Below, piece after piece: positions 60,187-64,000 of a DNA stretch of 64,000 nucleotides. Both the position numbers and the translations under genes were made by a program. Origin of the DNA: Candidatus Woesearchaeota archaeon (GTDB taxonomy: Archaea; Nanobdellota; Nanobdellia; Woesearchaeales; JAAOYA01); the NCBI GenBank assembly GCA_018221105.1, contig JAAOYA010000001.1:114812-178811 (forward strand). Direction: 5' to 3'. Position 1 is the first letter of the stretch; each line of letters opens with the position of its first letter. The notes under the pieces were generated by a model. It saw only the letters and a program-made list of their open reading frames with translations. It was not told the origin of the DNA and searched no databases.

Positions 60187-61254
60187 ATGGTTAACAACCA
60201 CATCAAAAAAAGGGGCAAAAAACATGGGTTGCCGCCAGGGACGCTGATCCATGTTGGAGAGAAAAAATCTGAAAAAGTAAAGCTTACTTTAGTAGATTAT
60301 AATGAAAAAATATTCAAAGAGTTCAACCCTGAGCGCGTCGAAGAATGTTTCACTTACAAAAATAAAAAAACAGTCACATGGGTTAATGTTGATGGATTGC
60401 ACGATGTTAAAACTATTGAAAAAATAGGTGAGTGTTTCCAATTACACCCTCTGGTTCTCGAAGACTTATTAAACACTGATCAAAGGCCAAAAGTTGAAGA
60501 TTATGGCGATTACCTATTTTTTGTATTAAAACTGTTCTATCATGATGAAGACGAAAAAGAAATTATTGTAGAGCAAGTCAGCATTGTGCTTGGAGAAGAT
60601 TTTGTCATAAGCTTTCAAGAACAACCAAGCGATGTTTTTAACAATTTAAAAGATCGCATTAGCCAATCAAAGGGACGTATTAGAAAAGCAGGGGCAGATT
60701 ATTTAGTGTACTCTTTACTGGACACTATTGTGGATCATTATTTTCTAGTTTTAGAAAAAGTTGGAGAACAATTAGGTGTTGTTGAAGAAAGACTAACGCG
60801 CGATCCAACGCCTAAAGCGTTGAAAGTTTTACAAAGTTTAAAGCGAGACATGATATTTTTGCGAAAAGCAATCTGGCCAGTTAGAGAAGTTATCGCTGGC
60901 TTTGAGCGCGCAACAGAAAAACTACTCAAAAAAAGTACAGGATTATACTTGCGCGATGTTCACGACCACACAGTACAAGTCATTGATACAATAGAGACTT
61001 TTCGCGATATGATTGGCGGAATGCAAGATATTTACCTTTCAAGTCTTAGTCATAAAATGAACGAAGTGATGAAAGTATTAACAGCTATATCAACAATTTT
61101 TATTCCCTTAACACTTATAGCCAGCATTTACGGAATGAATTTTAAGTACATGCCAGAACTAAACTGGCGTTACGGCTACATAGGAGTCATGAGTTTCATG
61201 CTAGTCATAGGATTGTTGCTAGCATATTATTTTAAGAAAAAAGAGTGGTTATGA
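60187..61254 (+). CDS. corA: Magnesium/cobalt transporter CorA
   Basis: GLPPGTL, LHPL..ED, QRPK, YGMNF..MPEL. Confidence 0.96.
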   Translation: MVNNHIKKRGKKHGLPPGTLIHVGEKKSEKVKLTLVDYNEKIFKEFNPERVEECFTYKNKKTVTWVNVDGLHDVKTIEKIGECFQLHPLVLEDLLNTDQRPKVEDYGDYLFFVLKLFYHDEDEKEIIVEQVSIVLGEDFVISFQEQPSDVFNNLKDRISQSKGRIRKAGADYLVYSLLDTIVDHYFLVLEKVGEQLGVVEERLTRDPTPKALKVLQSLKRDMIFLRKAIWPVREVIAGFERATEKLLKKSTGLYLRDVHDHTVQVIDTIETFRDMIGGMQDIYLSSLSHKMNEVMKVLTAISTIFIPLTLIASIYGMNFKYMPELNWRYGYIGVMSFMLVIGLLLAYYFKKKEWL

Positions 61255-61260
61255 ACTTTA

Positions 61261-61635
61261 CTACATATTTTCTATAGATGATCTTTCTGGTTTACATTCT
61301 GGCGATAACCCATAAACTGGTGATCCCGCATTAGGATCGGTTACTAATCTGTTTAGTCCATTAACAGCATCAGAAATAGCTTCCATCGCGCTTGCAGTCC
61401 TTTCATCATAATGCCTTTGGACAACTAGTTTTTCTTCAGGAGTCTCTAGCGTGAAAGTCACACAATAACTTTCTGAAAGAACCTGGCTTTGTATAGTGAA
61501 AGTTTTTATTGGATTATTGTTCATGATTCTGTCTGAGCTAGTGTGAGCTAATTTTTCTATGTCTGATCCGCTAATCCAATACCCGCAAACCTCTGCTAAT
61601 TCTTTTGCAGTTTCTACACTACTTACGTGTTTCAT
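61261..61635 (-). CDS. Hypothetical protein
   Basis: 124 aa ORF with TTTTATATAAC promoter. Confidence 0.55.
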   Translation of the reverse strand: MKHVSSVETAKELAEVCGYWISGSDIEKLAHTSSDRIMNNNPIKTFTIQSQVLSESYCVTFTLETPEEKLVVQRHYDERTASAMEAISDAVNGLNRLVTDPNAGSPVYGLSPECKPERSSIENM

Positions 61636-61687
61636 GTTTGCTTTTATTAGAAGTTATATAAAAACCTTTTTGATAAAAAAAGAAAAT

Positions 61688-61780
61688 TTATTTCTTTGTA
61701 GCGCCGTAAATCATGTACAAAGCTGAAAGTCTTACAAGTGCATAAACAAGTTTTTCAACAATCATTGACCAACCAAACAA
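61688..61780 (-). pseudogene. Remnant resembling the C-terminal half of a DUF378 membrane protein
   Basis: LFGWSMIVEKLVYALVRLSALYMIYGATKK*, in frame directly after the stop of 61781-62299. Confidence 0.45.
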
Positions 61781-62299
61781 TTAATTATTACTCGCATAAC
61801 TTGTTTTTTGCAAGTTTAGAAAACTCTTAACACAATCATGTAATTCTTTAAAATCTTTTTCTATGACATGCTCGTATTTTGCAGTGTAGAACTTGTAGAC
61901 AAACTTGTCAACAAACAATCTTACTAGAAACATCCAAGGTTTTCCTTCCCAACGATCCTCATAATCAGTAATAAGCGAGGCCATTAGTTTTAGTGTTATA
62001 CTGCCCTTGCTAAGTTTTGTTTTATGGCCGTCAAGCTCAATGACTTCTTCTGTAATGTTTGCTGCTTTAAATGTTATTTCAATAACACTTTTTGCATAAT
62101 CAGTTAATGGTTTAGGAACTTCAATTTTTAAGTTAATAGTTTTGCCATGCTCTTCTGCAATCTCTTCATGCTTTTTTTCTTCACCATAATAACCTTTATC
62201 ATAAATCCAGTCATTGACAACTTTAAAGAGGTCTTGCAAGTTAAACAAACCTTCAAAACTAACAGTTTTTTCGTCAACAACAATTGTTTTTTCAGCCAT
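61781..62299 (-). CDS. Conserved-looking hypothetical protein, paralog of 62292-62768
   Basis: G.F...DL...V..W...K.Y...EK; K...Y....I; TDY..RW shared with neighbour. Confidence 0.75.
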   Translation of the reverse strand: MAEKTIVVDEKTVSFEGLFNLQDLFKVVNDWIYDKGYYGEEKKHEEIAEEHGKTINLKIEVPKPLTDYAKSVIEITFKAANITEEVIELDGHKTKLSKGSITLKLMASLITDYEDRWEGKPWMFLVRLFVDKFVYKFYTAKYEHVIEKDFKELHDCVKSFLNLQKTSYASNN

Positions 62300-62768
62300 T
62301 TTTTAGTCCCATACCGATTTTTGTCTCTATTACTTTTTTTAAATCATTAGTTTCAATCCACAAATTAGTCCAATCTTCTTCATCTAATTTCTTTTTTAAC
62401 AATTTATTATCTATAAACTTTTTTAATTTTTGCAATTTTTCACTTTTATCAAACCTTCCTTGATAGTCAGTTTCAACATTATAAGTTAATTTTATTTTAG
62501 CGCGAGCCTGCTGCATAGTAGTTTTCTTGCCGTCCTTTACAACGTCAACATTTTTAATATCTAAAATGAACATGTCAAGACCGATAACGAATCGTACGTA
62601 TTCACTGACTTTTTTCACAGGCGCCATAGAAATATTAATTTCATTACCTTTATTCTTATAATTTTTTTCAATAAAACGATACTTTTTGGCTTCAAACCAG
62701 TTTTTAACACTATTGTATAAATCATTATAATCGAAAACTCCAACACGTTTAATCCAATACGAAGGCAT
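62292..62768 (-). CDS. Conserved-looking hypothetical protein, paralog of 61781-62299
   Basis: GVFDY.DLY..V..WF..K.Y.F.EK; TDY..RF; 8-nt overlap with paralog. Confidence 0.75.
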   Translation of the reverse strand: MPSYWIKRVGVFDYNDLYNSVKNWFEAKKYRFIEKNYKNKGNEINISMAPVKKVSEYVRFVIGLDMFILDIKNVDVVKDGKKTTMQQARAKIKLTYNVETDYQGRFDKSEKLQKLKKFIDNKLLKKKLDEEDWTNLWIETNDLKKVIETKIGMGLKNG

Positions 62769-62848
62769 AATATATACTTTGTCGTGTTACGTATTTAAAG
62801 GTTTCGTGCAAACCTTTTTAAATATGGCAAAATCACCACAATAATAAT

Positions 62849-63000
62849 GTGGGGGTAGCAAAGTCTGGCCAAACGCGCAGGACTTAAGAATAAACCACTT
62901 GTTGGGATATCCTGTTCCTTAGTGGATCCGCGGGTTCGAATCTATGACGGCTGGCCGGCATGGCCAGGAGCGTCAAGCGAATGTCCCGTCCCCCACACCA
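62849..63000 (+). tRNA. tRNA-Leu(UAA) with two introns (37/38: 62889-62908; 59/60: 62941-62983) and encoded CCA
   Basis: GTGGGGG/CCCCCAC acceptor + A-CCA; CAGGA-CTTAAG[20 nt]A-TCCTG; variable arm; GCGGG-TTCGAA[43 nt]T-CCCGT; both junctions form BHB. Confidence 0.92.
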
Positions 63001-63009
63001 CTTTTTAAA

Positions 63010-64000
63010 ATGAGCAAAGTAGCCATTGTAAAATGTTATGATTACGACCAAGTAATGGTCGATCACGCAATAAAAAAAGCAATAGCATTCTTAGGCGGTA
63101 TTGAACATTTTGTAAAAAAAGATTTTCAAGTTCTAATAAAACCAAACATGCTTAGCGCAAAAGAAGCAACTTTTGGCATTAATACTAATCCTGCAGTATT
63201 GAAAGCTGTTGTTAAACTAGTACAAACTGCTGGCGGCATTGCTTTTATTGGCGATAGTTCTGCCTTTAGCAAACAAGAAAAAGCTTACGCGAAAAGCGGG
63301 TTTGCAGATGTTGCAAAAGAAACAGGAGCAAAACTAGTAACATTTATTGCTAAAAAATTCGACAATCTTGACGGAGTAGTCAGCAAGTCATTTGAGCTAC
63401 ACAAAGACGTTTTCGAGTACGACTTGATTATTAACTTGCCTAAATTGAAGACTCACATGCTAACAGATTATACTGGAGCAGTCAAAAACTTGTATGGATT
63501 GATGCCTGGCTTGAAAAAAAGCAATTATCACCTGCGATTTAAAGATAAGTTAGTGTTCACACAAATGCTGGTGGATTTATATCTTATGATAACGCCAGAA
63601 TTAAACATTATGGACGCTATAATTTCAATGGAAGGTGAAGGGCCAGCATCGGGAGACTTAAAAAAAACTAATTTAATACTTGCCTCGCCTGACGCACTAT
63701 GTCTTGATTTAATAGCAACAAAAATCGTTGGATTAGAAAACACTCCTTTGCACACTGTTGCAAAAGAACGTAAGTTAATTTCTGATGTGCAAGTAGTAGG
63801 AGAAAAATTAGACTCTGTGCTAGTCAAAGATTTTAAAAAACCTACAGGTTACAAACCTTCAATTTTACAAGACATTGCAAGCAAAGTATTTACTTTAAAC
63901 CCTTACTTGATTAAAAAGAATTGTATTAGTTGCGCAGGGTGCGAGACTGTTTGCCCAACAAAACCAAAAACCATTAAGATGGAAAAAGATGATAGTGGTA
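63010..64000 (+). CDS. DUF362 domain Fe-S protein with C-terminal ferredoxin (runs off window)
   Basis: Manual translation MSKVAIVKC...VLIKPN...INLPKLKTH...GAVKNLYG...MEGEGP; CISCAGCETVCP. Confidence 0.9.
   Translation, partial: MSKVAIVKCYDYDQVMVDHAIKKAIAFLGGIEHFVKKDFQVLIKPNMLSAKEATFGINTNPAVLKAVVKLVQTAGGIAFIGDSSAFSKQEKAYAKSGFADVAKETGAKLVTFIAKKFDNLDGVVSKSFELHKDVFEYDLIINLPKLKTHMLTDYTGAVKNLYGLMPGLKKSNYHLRFKDKLVFTQMLVDLYLMITPELNIMDAIISMEGEGPASGDLKKTNLILASPDALCLDLIATKIVGLENTPLHTVAKERKLISDVQVVGEKLDSVLVKDFKKPTGYKPSILQDIASKVFTLNPYLIKKNCISCAGCETVCPTKPKTIKMEKDDSG

Noticed and set aside
7010..60929. Many antisense ORFs within core genes (e.g. 7010-7447, 9754-10248, 18285-18791, 23808-24266, 43614-44069, 59204-59584)
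   Set aside because: F/S/L-rich mirror translations of well-supported genes with no motifs
1..64000. CRISPR array, rRNA, transposase or provirus
   Set aside because: No regularly spaced repeats, long GC-rich structural RNA, or mobile-element hallmark proteins seen

Overview
Gene-dense, AT-rich archaeal chromosomal window, most consistent with a DPANN/Woesearchaeota-like organism. This assignment is inferred from the archaeal rpoH-B''-B'-A'-A''-L30e-nusA-S12-S7 operon with split rpoB, aIF2-gamma, S6e, L35Ae, Cbf5, Kae1, membrane LonB, SepF, PAC2, archaeal ProRS, and four tRNAs that all carry BHB-type introns. Housekeeping genes are interspersed with many single-gene ORFans, most with a TATA box about 20-25 nt before the start. 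No rRNA, CRISPR array, integrase or transposase was seen. Highlights: (1) a full-length bacterial-type long RelA/SpoT homologue in an archaeal context; (2) a group 3b NiFe-hydrogenase operon whose linked maturation set is only HypA, a His-less HypC, an unknown HypC-fold-like protein and the protease; (3) a ~500 bp AT-rich intergenic region with flanking inverted repeats and ORB-like motifs, next to wHTH and paralogous coiled-coil genes (candidate origin or cell-cycle locus); (4) a tRNA-Leu(UAA) with two introns, one in the T-loop; (5) a divergent proteasome-beta-like protein, a tandem nucleotidyltransferase protein, and a radical SAM-NDK gene pair; (6) several small ORFs missed by the ORF track. 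All calls are from motif recognition by eye; no searches were run.
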